Source: SAR324 cluster bacterium
Lineage (GTDB): Bacteria > SAR324 > NAC60-12
Direction: 5' to 3'
Assembly (NCBI GenBank): GCA_022448485.1
Contig: JAKUUI010000001.1
Coordinates: 12,631-76,630, forward strand
Length of the DNA stretch: 64,000 nucleotides
The position numbers and the translations under genes were made by a program. The notes below the pieces were generated by a model, which saw only the letters and a program-made list of their open reading frames with translations, searched no databases and was not told the origin of the DNA. The stretch's first letter is position 1. Every line of letters starts with the position of its first letter. Positions 49,343 to 58,434 of this stretch are shown piece by piece.

Positions 49343-50995
49343 ATGCATCGATTAACAAAATGGTTTATAACCGCCTTAATCATGGGCTTAATCAGTACAA
49401 GCATCTATGCCGCTGGCGGAGGAGAACATGAAACTTCAGCCCCCTTCCCTGTCCCACTGAGCTGCTATTCGGAAAATTACGGTTCTCCCAAGTTTCAGGA
49501 GGAAGGCTGTGATCGGGTTCATGGGATTGAAAACTACCGGGATCCTGAAGGAGGTAGTGTGAGTGATATACTCGGGCATCGCATCAGTGCGAATCCTTTC
49601 AATTTGGTTGCTTCACTGATTTTTCTGTTTGCCATCCTGCACACTTTCATGGCCAACAAACTCACGGCCAAAGCGCATCAGATTCATGAAGAGCATGACC
49701 AGCGAATGAAGGCTGCAGGAGCTGTGGAAGAGGAGATCAAGCACGACATTCCTTTCAAGGCAGAGCTTTTTCACTTTCTCGGGGAAGTAGAAGTGGTTTT
49801 CGGAATGTGGGTCATTGCCTTGTTGTTTGTCACCATTGGCATCTTCGATTGGACCACTTTTAAGAATTACATTGTCTATGACCGTGAATATGTTGAGCCG
49901 GTGTTTGTGGTGGTAATCATGGCCATTGCGTCCACTAGGCCGGTGGTCAAGTTTGCCGAACAACTGCTTGGAATCGCCTCAGGTTTGGGGGGGCACAGTA
50001 CTGCTGCCTGGTGGTTTTCGATCCTGATGATTGCCCCGTTGCTTGGTTCATTTATCACAGAGCCGGCTGCAATTACGATTGCTGCACTATTGCTGGCGAA
50101 TCAGTTTTACAAGCATAAGCCCTCCTCCGGATTTGCTTATGCAACGATTGGATTGCTCTTCGTTAACATTTCGGTCGGAGGAACTCTCACTCATTTTGCA
50201 GCACCGCCGGTGCTGATGGTTGCAGCACCATGGGATTGGAGCATGGGTTTCATGGCGGCCAACTTCGGCTGGAAGGCTGCGTTGGGAATACTTATTTCAA
50301 ACGTGCTCTACTTCATTGTCTTTCGTGGTCAGTTTGCAAAAATGGGTACGGACCGGTTAGAGGAGCCAGGTGCGGGCTTTGACGCGCCGGAAGTAGTAAG
50401 GCTTAAGCCAGGTCGTATGAGCCACGAAGAATTTGAGGCCATGTGGGCCGAACGGGAGGCTTCAATTCCCTGGTGGGTTACGCTGGTCCACCTTTGTTTT
50501 CTGGCTTGGACGGTCTTTAATGCCCACTATCCGGTCTTGTTCATTGGGGGACTTCTCTTTTTCCTGGGCTTCATGTCCCTAACAGGAACCCATCAGAATA
50601 AGGTGGAACTCAAGGGGCCGATCATGGTTGGATTTTTCCTTGCAGGCCTAATAACTCATGGTGGCTTGCAGGGCTGGTGGATTGCACCTGTACTTGGGTC
50701 TCTTGCCGAATTGCCGCTGATGCTGACTTCTACTGTCTTGACTGCATTCAATGACAATGCAGCGATCACCTACCTGGCTACATTGGTGCCGAACTTAGCC
50801 GAAGCCTCGAAATATGCAGTGGTGGCGGGAGCTGTGACCGGAGGCGGGCTGACAGTGATTGCCAATGCTCCGAATCCGGCGGGGCAATCGATTCTCGGAC
50901 GTTTTTTTGAGCATGGTGTAAATCCGGCAAAATTGCTGATGGCCGCTTTTATACCCACTATCATCATGGGAATCTGTTTCATGGTCCTTCCCTAG
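49343..50995 (+). CDS. polytopic membrane protein, paralog 2 of the same family
   Basis: It is colinear with paralog 1, with a majority of positions identical by eye and the same three motifs. The likely start is MHRLTKWFITALIMGLISTSIYA at 49343; the track ORF starts at a GTG at 49262. Confidence 0.8.
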   Translation: MHRLTKWFITALIMGLISTSIYAAGGGEHETSAPFPVPLSCYSENYGSPKFQEEGCDRVHGIENYRDPEGGSVSDILGHRISANPFNLVASLIFLFAILHTFMANKLTAKAHQIHEEHDQRMKAAGAVEEEIKHDIPFKAELFHFLGEVEVVFGMWVIALLFVTIGIFDWTTFKNYIVYDREYVEPVFVVVIMAIASTRPVVKFAEQLLGIASGLGGHSTAAWWFSILMIAPLLGSFITEPAAITIAALLLANQFYKHKPSSGFAYATIGLLFVNISVGGTLTHFAAPPVLMVAAPWDWSMGFMAANFGWKAALGILISNVLYFIVFRGQFAKMGTDRLEEPGAGFDAPEVVRLKPGRMSHEEFEAMWAEREASIPWWVTLVHLCFLAWTVFNAHYPVLFIGGLLFFLGFMSLTGTHQNKVELKGPIMVGFFLAGLITHGGLQGWWIAPVLGSLAELPLMLTSTVLTAFNDNAAITYLATLVPNLAEASKYAVVAGAVTGGGLTVIANAPNPAGQSILGRFFEHGVNPAKLLMAAFIPTIIMGICFMVLP

Positions 50996-51012
50996 CAGAG
51001 GAATCTTCAGCC

Positions 51013-51048
51013 AAAAAGTGCGGGACAATTTGCCCGCACTTCTGTTTT
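51013..51048. terminator. bidirectional rho-independent terminator between convergent genes
   Basis: A 9-bp stem (aagtgcggg at 51016-51024 paired with cccgcactt at 51033-51041) encloses an 8-nt loop. It is flanked by an A-run upstream and ctgtttt downstream. Confidence 0.6.
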
Positions 51049-51078
51049 GCGATTCAGCAAACCATTGATTAGCTCCTC

Positions 51079-51648
51079 TTAGAGATGCTTGTAAAAGTGT
51101 ATTCCAATTGAAGGACTGGAAGTCACAATAGACAAATTATTTTCCAGGCTAATCTGTCTTTGAGCAATCTCAAAAGCCAAACCCAGGATTTCAAAAGGAA
51201 ATTCCCAACCAATCCCGAAATATCTTCCATTTCCTTTAAGCTCACCTAGAATTCCTTTAGTTTTCAGCTTATTTTTTGAAATGCCCCAGCGGAAAAAAAG
51301 TCCACCGTCTCCCTGAAATGGGTCATGTTTGCCCTCAAGTCCGAGTTTCCAGAGTTCCATGCGCTGTCCTCTTCCGATACTTTCTGATTCATGCAAAAAA
51401 TCAATGTACATTAATCCTACAGCTAATCCGAATGAGTTTTCATAGGGCTCTTCCCACCAAAAATTTATTGTCGGTCCAATTCCGGAAGTTGTTTCTTTTT
51501 CAATGAGATTTCCGTAATTTACTGTTGCAGTATCAAAATGTTCTCTGGCTCTCAGTCTCAATTTTCCTGCGAAAACTGTTTCGACCAAGCAAAAATAAAT
51601 CAAAATCAAGCAAAAAAAATACTTCCATTGTTTCAATAAATACTGCAT
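51079..51648 (-). CDS. hypothetical secreted beta-rich protein (possible small outer-membrane barrel)
   Basis: It has the signal-like MQYLLKQWKYFFCLILIYFCLVETVFA and Gly/aromatic-rich alternating segments. I recognise no family. Confidence 0.4.
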   Translation of the reverse strand: MQYLLKQWKYFFCLILIYFCLVETVFAGKLRLRAREHFDTATVNYGNLIEKETTSGIGPTINFWWEEPYENSFGLAVGLMYIDFLHESESIGRGQRMELWKLGLEGKHDPFQGDGGLFFRWGISKNKLKTKGILGELKGNGRYFGIGWEFPFEILGLAFEIAQRQISLENNLSIVTSSPSIGIHFYKHL

Positions 51649-51873
51649 TTTGCTTGCGCGGCGGCAATGATTTGTTCTTTCAATTCTACTCTGCTTTGTT
51701 TTCAAACGGCTCTAACGCCATGTTTATTCAAAGGCAAAGAACGATATCGTCTTCCGCATCAACATGATGCTTTATTCGGTTGATTTTTAGCGTTTGCCTA
51801 GTTTTTCTCATTATCATTAATAAGTTGGAAATTTTCTGCTGTAATAGTTCTTGAACTTTTTTTACGCAGTGTC

Positions 51874-53652
51874 CTATTCAACTGTCAATTTTTCAAGTCT
51901 TTCTCGATAGTAATTCAGGTCTGTACCGCGTGTGAGTCCCATCTTTTCTTTTGCAAGTTTCAGGGCTTGGCGTGCAGCATCTGCTGCTGCCTCGTATTTC
52001 CCATTTATTAGATATGCCTCCGCCAGTGTATCCCAAATAAATGCAGCTTGTTTTATTGCCAATGCTTGTTGGGCCAGGATCACACTTTCCTGCAGACGCT
52101 TCTCATCATTGTTATGTTTTTCAGTTAAAAGCCAGGCGAGATTATTCAGGGTGTGCGGTTCCTCCGGGTCCAGTTCCAGTGCCCGGCGATACCATAATTC
52201 TGCTCTGTCTTGCTGATTTTGGAAATAAAGCAAGTCACCCATTTTTGACAACATTGGGGCATCTTTCAGTTGCCAATTTTCATCTGACTGCTCCAATTTC
52301 CAGGCAAGGGCCTTTGTTTGGACAATTTCTGAACTGAGCATGTAATTTGCGCCAAGCAACCCGACAAGCAAGACCGCGCACCACAGCTTAATGCGGGACA
52401 CATGCCGATGATGTTTTTGTAGCATTTCCGGCTTTTTGACACAAATCGATAAAAAGTCGATACGTTGTCGAATTCCGTAGTGATGCCAGTTGTCCTGCTC
52501 CGGATTGATCCCGTTGAGCCAGGAAACTTTCAAAAGAGCCGTCGAAATGGGTGAGATGCCGTAACGTTCAAAGGCGTGGCAGTCTGCCTGCCGTTCAAAA
52601 TTTTGACTGAGAAAGCCTATTACAAAACGAATAAACAATATAATGCTTAAAATAGCCGCTACACCCATCAGCATTCCTGAAACCTCCAAAACACCTGTCC
52701 AGGAAAGCAATAAGTTGGCACTGCCTGCTATTGCAAAAAACTCCAATAAACAGATAAATGCAAGCAGATAAAAAAGCATATGCTGCCTCCGCAAGTGTCC
52801 GGCTTCGTGGGCAGTAACAGCTCGCAGTTCCGCTGCTGAAAGCTCTTTGAGCAGTTGCGGGCTGATAAGTAAATAACGGAATCCACGCAAGAAACCGATT
52901 ACTCCTGCGGTGGAGTATGGCATTATCGAATCCGGCCACGATAAAATTGCTGTTACCGGTGTACGGGAATCTTCCAGCTCATTGTGGATTTCTTCGTACT
53001 CCTTCCCATTTTCGATAGCTTTTGCTCCCCAGCTTTTCACAAAAACAACCGGTGCAAGAAGCACCATCAGGATTAAACTGGACAGTAGTTCAAAAATGAG
53101 ACTCCAGTTTGAAGGAAAAGAAGGAAGAAACTTGTTAGTCACCCAAAACCAGACTGATTGGATGATGATCAGAGACAGTACCGGCAACTGCAGGCGCAGG
53201 TGCAGAACAGACTTTTTGATCTTTTCTTCAAGCCCTTGAGTATTCCATTGATAAACTGGAATTGCGGTAAAAGCGTCGGCAAGCCAGTAAACCAGCAGCA
53301 AAATACCAAAACTGACTGATTCAGCTTCAGTAGTATTTTCAAAAACGTTACCTAAGCGCAAATCTAAATGCTCACCATAAACAAGTGCCAACCAAAATAT
53401 TAAAATCAGGATTCTTGCTTGGGTGAGTTTTGCTGAAGAATAGCTGTCTTCCTCAGCAACGGGAAATTGTTTCAAATGGCTAAATTGCCAGAGTCTTTGA
53501 GTCATTTGAGCCAGAAGAAAACCGAAAAGAATAATGAGAGGCAGGGTCACGGCAAGAGGTAAATTCAACCAAGGCTCCGGACGCTCCAACTCTCCAGAGA
53601 GTAAGGTTAAACTGGCTGAAGCAAGAATCAGCGGTAAAAATGGCAAAAACAT
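51874..53652 (-). CDS. M48 family membrane zinc metalloprotease with C-terminal TPR repeats
   Basis: Multiple TM segments and the HEAGHLRRQH (HExxH) motif are followed by a periplasmic or cytoplasmic TPR region (YRRALELDPE..., NLAWLL). Confidence 0.75.
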   Translation of the reverse strand: MFLPFLPLILASASLTLLSGELERPEPWLNLPLAVTLPLIILFGFLLAQMTQRLWQFSHLKQFPVAEEDSYSSAKLTQARILILIFWLALVYGEHLDLRLGNVFENTTEAESVSFGILLLVYWLADAFTAIPVYQWNTQGLEEKIKKSVLHLRLQLPVLSLIIIQSVWFWVTNKFLPSFPSNWSLIFELLSSLILMVLLAPVVFVKSWGAKAIENGKEYEEIHNELEDSRTPVTAILSWPDSIMPYSTAGVIGFLRGFRYLLISPQLLKELSAAELRAVTAHEAGHLRRQHMLFYLLAFICLLEFFAIAGSANLLLSWTGVLEVSGMLMGVAAILSIILFIRFVIGFLSQNFERQADCHAFERYGISPISTALLKVSWLNGINPEQDNWHHYGIRQRIDFLSICVKKPEMLQKHHRHVSRIKLWCAVLLVGLLGANYMLSSEIVQTKALAWKLEQSDENWQLKDAPMLSKMGDLLYFQNQQDRAELWYRRALELDPEEPHTLNNLAWLLTEKHNNDEKRLQESVILAQQALAIKQAAFIWDTLAEAYLINGKYEAAADAARQALKLAKEKMGLTRGTDLNYYRERLEKLTVE

Positions 53653-53740
53653 TTTGCGCCTTTGTTTTGTTTCTCTTAAAATTAAATGTCGATTTATTGA
53701 CTATTTTGTTGATTCTAAAACCTCAAACTTCTTTTCGTAA

Positions 53741-54901
53741 ATGTCCTACTCCGGCAATGTACATGAGATTACCTTTGAAGAAAAGCAAATCTTACTCATT
53801 GGCACCGCCCATATTTCACAATCAAGCGTGGATGAAGTTGACTCCATCATCAATCAGGAAAAGCCGGATACGGTTTGTATTGAACTCTGTTCTTCCCGCC
53901 ATCAGACGATGCTGGATAAAAATCAATGGAAGAAAATGGATATTTTCAAGGTTGTCCGTGAAGGAAAATCATTTTTGTTGTTTGCAAATTTGATCATGAC
54001 TGCCTTCCAAAAACGTTTGGGATCTCAACTTGGTGTTAAACCAGGTGCAGAAATGCTGGAAGCAGCAAACGCTGCAGAACGAGTAAATGCAGCACTGGTG
54101 TTGGCAGATAGAGATGTTAAGATAACTCTGCAGCGGACTTGGCGGGGAATGCCGTTTTGGGAACGGATGAAAGTACTGGGACAACTCCTTGCCAGTTTGT
54201 TTGTTCGTGAAGAAATCAGCAAAGAAGAAATTGAAAAACTCAAGGAAAGTGATGCACTTTCTGAAGCCATGCAAATGCTGGCGGAACAATCTCCGGAAAT
54301 GAAACATATTCTGATTGATGAGAGAGATCAGTTTATGGCCGAAAAAATACGGCAGGCACAAGGGAAACGGATTGTGGCAGTAGTTGGTGCAGGCCATGTC
54401 AAAGGACTGATTGCAGAGCTGGAGCGCGAACATAATCTGGCTGAATTAGAGGCTGTTCCTCCTCCGGGGAAAGTAGGCACCTGGCTTAAATGGGGAATTC
54501 CTGCATTGATTGTAGGCTTGATTGGATATGGGTTTTTTACCGTTGAAACGGATGTAAGCATAGAAATGATTCAGCGCTGGTTTTTGATCAACGGCACACT
54601 ATCCGCACTCGGGACAGCTATAGCATTTGGCCATCCAATTACGATAGCAACTTCATTTGTGGCGGCACCTTTCACCTCGCTCAATCCTGCTGTTGCAGCA
54701 GGCTGGGTGGCAGGATTAGTTGAAGCACTTCTACGCAAACCTCAGGTACGTGATTTTGAAAACCTTGCGGATGATATCACACATCTGAGAGGTTTTTGGC
54801 AAAATAATATTACCCGCATTTTGCTGGTTGTGATGTTCGCAAATTTAGGTAGTGCGATCGGCACATTTGCGGGAGGATTTGCCATTGCGTCTCTGCTTTG
54901 A
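53741..54901 (+). CDS. TraB/GumN family protein with a C-terminal membrane domain
   Basis: It has LLIGTAHISQSSVDEV, IELC..R, LADRD, ERD..MA and VVGAGHV motifs of the TraB (pheromone-shutdown-like) family, followed by ~4 TM segments. Confidence 0.75.
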   Translation: MSYSGNVHEITFEEKQILLIGTAHISQSSVDEVDSIINQEKPDTVCIELCSSRHQTMLDKNQWKKMDIFKVVREGKSFLLFANLIMTAFQKRLGSQLGVKPGAEMLEAANAAERVNAALVLADRDVKITLQRTWRGMPFWERMKVLGQLLASLFVREEISKEEIEKLKESDALSEAMQMLAEQSPEMKHILIDERDQFMAEKIRQAQGKRIVAVVGAGHVKGLIAELEREHNLAELEAVPPPGKVGTWLKWGIPALIVGLIGYGFFTVETDVSIEMIQRWFLINGTLSALGTAIAFGHPITIATSFVAAPFTSLNPAVAAGWVAGLVEALLRKPQVRDFENLADDITHLRGFWQNNITRILLVVMFANLGSAIGTFAGGFAIASLL

Positions 54902-54933
54902 GCCAAGAAGAGAGATAATCCTACTACTGAAAC

Positions 54934-56439
54934 TCACGAAATATTTGGACGAAAAATTCCGCCAGGGTTTTCTTCAAAGCACAATTCACTGTGCAGGCAG
55001 TTTGGCTGATCGGCCGCAATGTGTGTGACGTAGAGAATTTGTGTTGCGGAATTTTGACCAATCTGGTCAATCAGCTCTAAAACAAGATTTCGGTTTGTGC
55101 GATCCAATCCCTGACAAGGCTCGTCAAGAATGAGTAACGGTGGTGATTTTACCATCGCTCTGGCAATCAATACCAGCCGTTGCTGGCCGCATGAGAGACG
55201 CGTGAAGTCATCTTCAGCAACTTTTGCTATTTCCAGAAATTCCATCCAGTTGAGTGCCGTTTCTTTTTGTTTCCCCGAAGCTGGTCGATAAAATCCAATT
55301 GAATCAAAAAATCCCGAAAGTACCACTTTTAGCGCAGAAATTGATTCACGATAGTGTATCTGAAACTCAGACGAGACCAGCCCTATTTTCTGCTTAATGT
55401 CCCAAATGCTTTCGCCGGTGCCACGACGCAGGCCGAAGAGGTAAATTTCATTTGCATAAGCCTGGAGATTGTCGCCGGAAATTAAACTGAGCAAAGTAGA
55501 TTTACCTGCTCCATTTGGGCCGACTATTTTCCAGTTTTCTCCCTGCTGTACTGACCAATTAAAATTTTTCAGCACCACTTTCTTGCCGTAGCTGACATTC
55601 ACGTTCTTCATCCGGATAATACTTTTATCCTTGCTATTGTTCCCCAAAGGCTCACTGTGATTACGGAGAGTTAGTTTTTTATATTTTTTCTCATATTCGT
55701 CCGCTTTTCTGCGTTGGGTATTTTGTATTTTTCTGCCTCCATACAACACCCCCATCAGTTCAGGAATCAGTACTTCAGACCGTGTACCTTGCGCAAAAAC
55801 CTCACCGCTTTTTAAACAAAGCACATGTTTGATTTCCGGAACTAATTCCTCAAAACGGTGACTTACCAACCAGACTGCTAAACCGTTATTGATTAGAGTG
55901 GAAATAGTTTGCTTGAGCCACAGGACAGATTCCTTGTCCAAACCATCAAAAGGTTCATCAAGAATCAGCAATTTTGGTTCAGAAAGCAGTGCTTTTCCAA
56001 TCAAAGTTTTGCGTGTTTCGCCATTTGAAAAGTGGCGAAAAGGATATTCTAGCAAAGGCGAAAGCCCGAGCTGTTCGGCAATCTTGAGAAGTTTATCTGG
56101 ATGTTTGCCTTCCGGATCCATTATTTCTCGTCCGGTTAAAAAATGTTGTTCTTTTTCGCTGTATTCTTCAAAGCGATCTTTTTTTTCTTCTCGGGCAACT
56201 AGGATTTTTTGCTGCTCGAGTGAAACATGTGCGACTTTGTCAAAATCCGTGATTTCTACATGACGTTCGATAGTACCGCAATATGGAATTTGCCCCAGAA
56301 TAACTTTTACCAGGGTTGATTTCCCTGCGCCATTTGGACCGAGAATAGCCCAGCTTTGTCCAAATTCGGTAGACCAGGAAATGTTTTTAAGAATTGGTTT
56401 GTCCCAGAGCCTATTTGATACCTTATTGAGAGAGAGCAT
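54934..56439 (-). CDS. tandem-ATPase ABC protein without a membrane domain (ModF-like)
   Basis: It has two ABC cassettes (GPNGAGKST twice, LSNGE/LSCGQ signatures, ILDEP twice). The likely start is MLSLNKV at 56439; the track ORF to 56568 would overlap the upstream gene. Confidence 0.7.
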   Translation of the reverse strand: MLSLNKVSNRLWDKPILKNISWSTEFGQSWAILGPNGAGKSTLVKVILGQIPYCGTIERHVEITDFDKVAHVSLEQQKILVAREEKKDRFEEYSEKEQHFLTGREIMDPEGKHPDKLLKIAEQLGLSPLLEYPFRHFSNGETRKTLIGKALLSEPKLLILDEPFDGLDKESVLWLKQTISTLINNGLAVWLVSHRFEELVPEIKHVLCLKSGEVFAQGTRSEVLIPELMGVLYGGRKIQNTQRRKADEYEKKYKKLTLRNHSEPLGNNSKDKSIIRMKNVNVSYGKKVVLKNFNWSVQQGENWKIVGPNGAGKSTLLSLISGDNLQAYANEIYLFGLRRGTGESIWDIKQKIGLVSSEFQIHYRESISALKVVLSGFFDSIGFYRPASGKQKETALNWMEFLEIAKVAEDDFTRLSCGQQRLVLIARAMVKSPPLLILDEPCQGLDRTNRNLVLELIDQIGQNSATQILYVTHIAADQPNCLHSELCFEENPGGIFRPNIS

Positions 56440-56497
56440 AGGAAAGTGTTGAGTGTTGTGTGCTGGTTTCCGTAATTGGTTAGAAACCCAACACTGT

Positions 56498-58294
56498 TCA
56501 GGAGTTGCGCTCGATTTGCAGTGCCCACATTTGCTGATAATAACCCGGACGTTGAATAAGGTCTGCATGTTGCCCTCGATCCACTATTTGTCCTTCATCC
56601 ATAACCAAAATCAAATCAGCCTGTTCCATCGAAGTTACACGATGAGAAACAATGAGCAGGCTTCCTGCTAGGGCAGGCATATTGTTTTCCGGTTTGAGGA
56701 GTTTGTGGATCTCCTGCAGTAAATGACGTTCCGTTTCATAGTCAACTGCAGAAAGAACATTGTCCAAAATCAGCAGATCACAAGGTTTCATCATTGCCCT
56801 TGCCAGACTAATTCTCTGTTTTTGTCCACCGGAAAGCATGATCCCTTTTTCTCCAACCACAGTTTTTTCTTGTTTCGGAAAACGTGCTACTTCCTCTTCC
56901 AAAGCGGCAGAATGGAGAATATCCTGCAAATGTTGCGGATCTCTCGAATCTTGTTGCTCCTCTGCAAATGTCATATTGTTTTCTACAGTGTCCGAAAACA
57001 AAAAAGGTTCTTGGGTAACTGTTCTAATACAGTTACGCACGTCTTTGTCGTTGAGAGTTGCAAGATCTTGGTCGCCTAAAAAGATGGAACCCTTGCCCAT
57101 GTCCAAATAACGATTCAAGCCGTTGACAAGTGTTGATTTGCCGGAACCGATACGTCCCAGAATACCGATGACTTGTCCGGGTTTAATTGTAAAACTGATA
57201 TTATGGAGGGTCTTTTTGTTACTCTCAGGATAGCTAAAGTTTAAATTATTAACCCTCAAACCGTTTTCTGCAAAAAGTGATTTCAGTTTTTGCTGCTGCA
57301 GTGATTTCAACTGAATACGTGGTAGGTCCTGTTGCAAAACTGTCTGAATGCTGGCCAGTCCGACCAGGCCCTGCTGAAACATGGTTGTCACCCAGCCCAA
57401 TCCCATCAGGGGAAATGTCAATAATGCTGAATAGGCAATAAAGGCAGTTAGCTGCCCAATGGTAAAGTTACCTTCAATCACCATCATGCCGCCGACGAGC
57501 AAAACCATTAGTTTCAGAAAATGTTCTAAATTACTTAACATTGGCATCACAAAAGAGCGGGTCCAGGCAATTTTCAAAGAACAACGGAGCATGCTTTGGT
57601 TTTCTGTTTCAAATCGTTGAGTACTCCATTTACGCATGGTCAGACTTTTGATAATGTCAACTGCGGATAAGGATGAAACCGTAAAACCGGAAAGGCGCTG
57701 CAGGCTTTCCATGCGTGCCCGCATGTTCCGCACCAGCACGTGCATCCCCAAGCGTACTGCGGTAAAAACAATGATGATCGGGATGACGCAGAAAAGTGTG
57801 AGATTTGGTGAGAGTTGCCACATTTTATACGGCGTCATTGAAAGTGCTGTCGTGATATTGAAGGCTTGCATGAGGCCGAACCCGCAAATCAGCCGCACTC
57901 CGGTGATATCATTATTAATGCGCGAAATGATGTTGCCAGATGGATTTTCATCATAATAATTTTTTTGCAGAGCCATCAGCTTTCTGAACATGTCGTTTTT
58001 GATTTGACACTCTATGGCACGTCCGGGATTGAAAAATAGAATCCGGGAAAGTGTACGCACCACCATCATCAGAAGTGACAATCCCAGCATGATCAGCATA
58101 TATTCCCACAATAAATCCTGTCTTGCCTTTAGATCATTATTTAACAAATCAATACTTAAGCGGACATATTCCGGAATACTGACAGCAATCCAGTTGGTAC
58201 CTAAAATAGCGACAATTCCCAATGAATAGTAAAGCCAGTGTTGCTGAATGTAATAGCCAAGCAAGGCAAATTTGCTGCTTTTTTTGGGGGGCAT
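56498..58294 (-). CDS. ABC exporter, fused permease/ATPase (ABCB/MsbA-like half transporter)
   Basis: A 6-TM N-terminal domain is followed by an NBD (GRIGSGKST, LSGGQKQR, LILDN). Confidence 0.85.
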   Translation of the reverse strand: MPPKKSSKFALLGYYIQQHWLYYSLGIVAILGTNWIAVSIPEYVRLSIDLLNNDLKARQDLLWEYMLIMLGLSLLMMVVRTLSRILFFNPGRAIECQIKNDMFRKLMALQKNYYDENPSGNIISRINNDITGVRLICGFGLMQAFNITTALSMTPYKMWQLSPNLTLFCVIPIIIVFTAVRLGMHVLVRNMRARMESLQRLSGFTVSSLSAVDIIKSLTMRKWSTQRFETENQSMLRCSLKIAWTRSFVMPMLSNLEHFLKLMVLLVGGMMVIEGNFTIGQLTAFIAYSALLTFPLMGLGWVTTMFQQGLVGLASIQTVLQQDLPRIQLKSLQQQKLKSLFAENGLRVNNLNFSYPESNKKTLHNISFTIKPGQVIGILGRIGSGKSTLVNGLNRYLDMGKGSIFLGDQDLATLNDKDVRNCIRTVTQEPFLFSDTVENNMTFAEEQQDSRDPQHLQDILHSAALEEEVARFPKQEKTVVGEKGIMLSGGQKQRISLARAMMKPCDLLILDNVLSAVDYETERHLLQEIHKLLKPENNMPALAGSLLIVSHRVTSMEQADLILVMDEGQIVDRGQHADLIQRPGYYQQMWALQIERNS

Positions 58295-58434
58295 TGTTTA
58301 CTCATTAAAAATATTTTTGCACTCTAAAAATGTTAGCCGCAGTGCACAAAGGGATGCCGGAAAAATAGAGTGAGTTTTTCCAGTAAAAAATTAAAGGCAA
58401 AATACCGCGCGTGATTTTTAGTAAAGTATATAAA

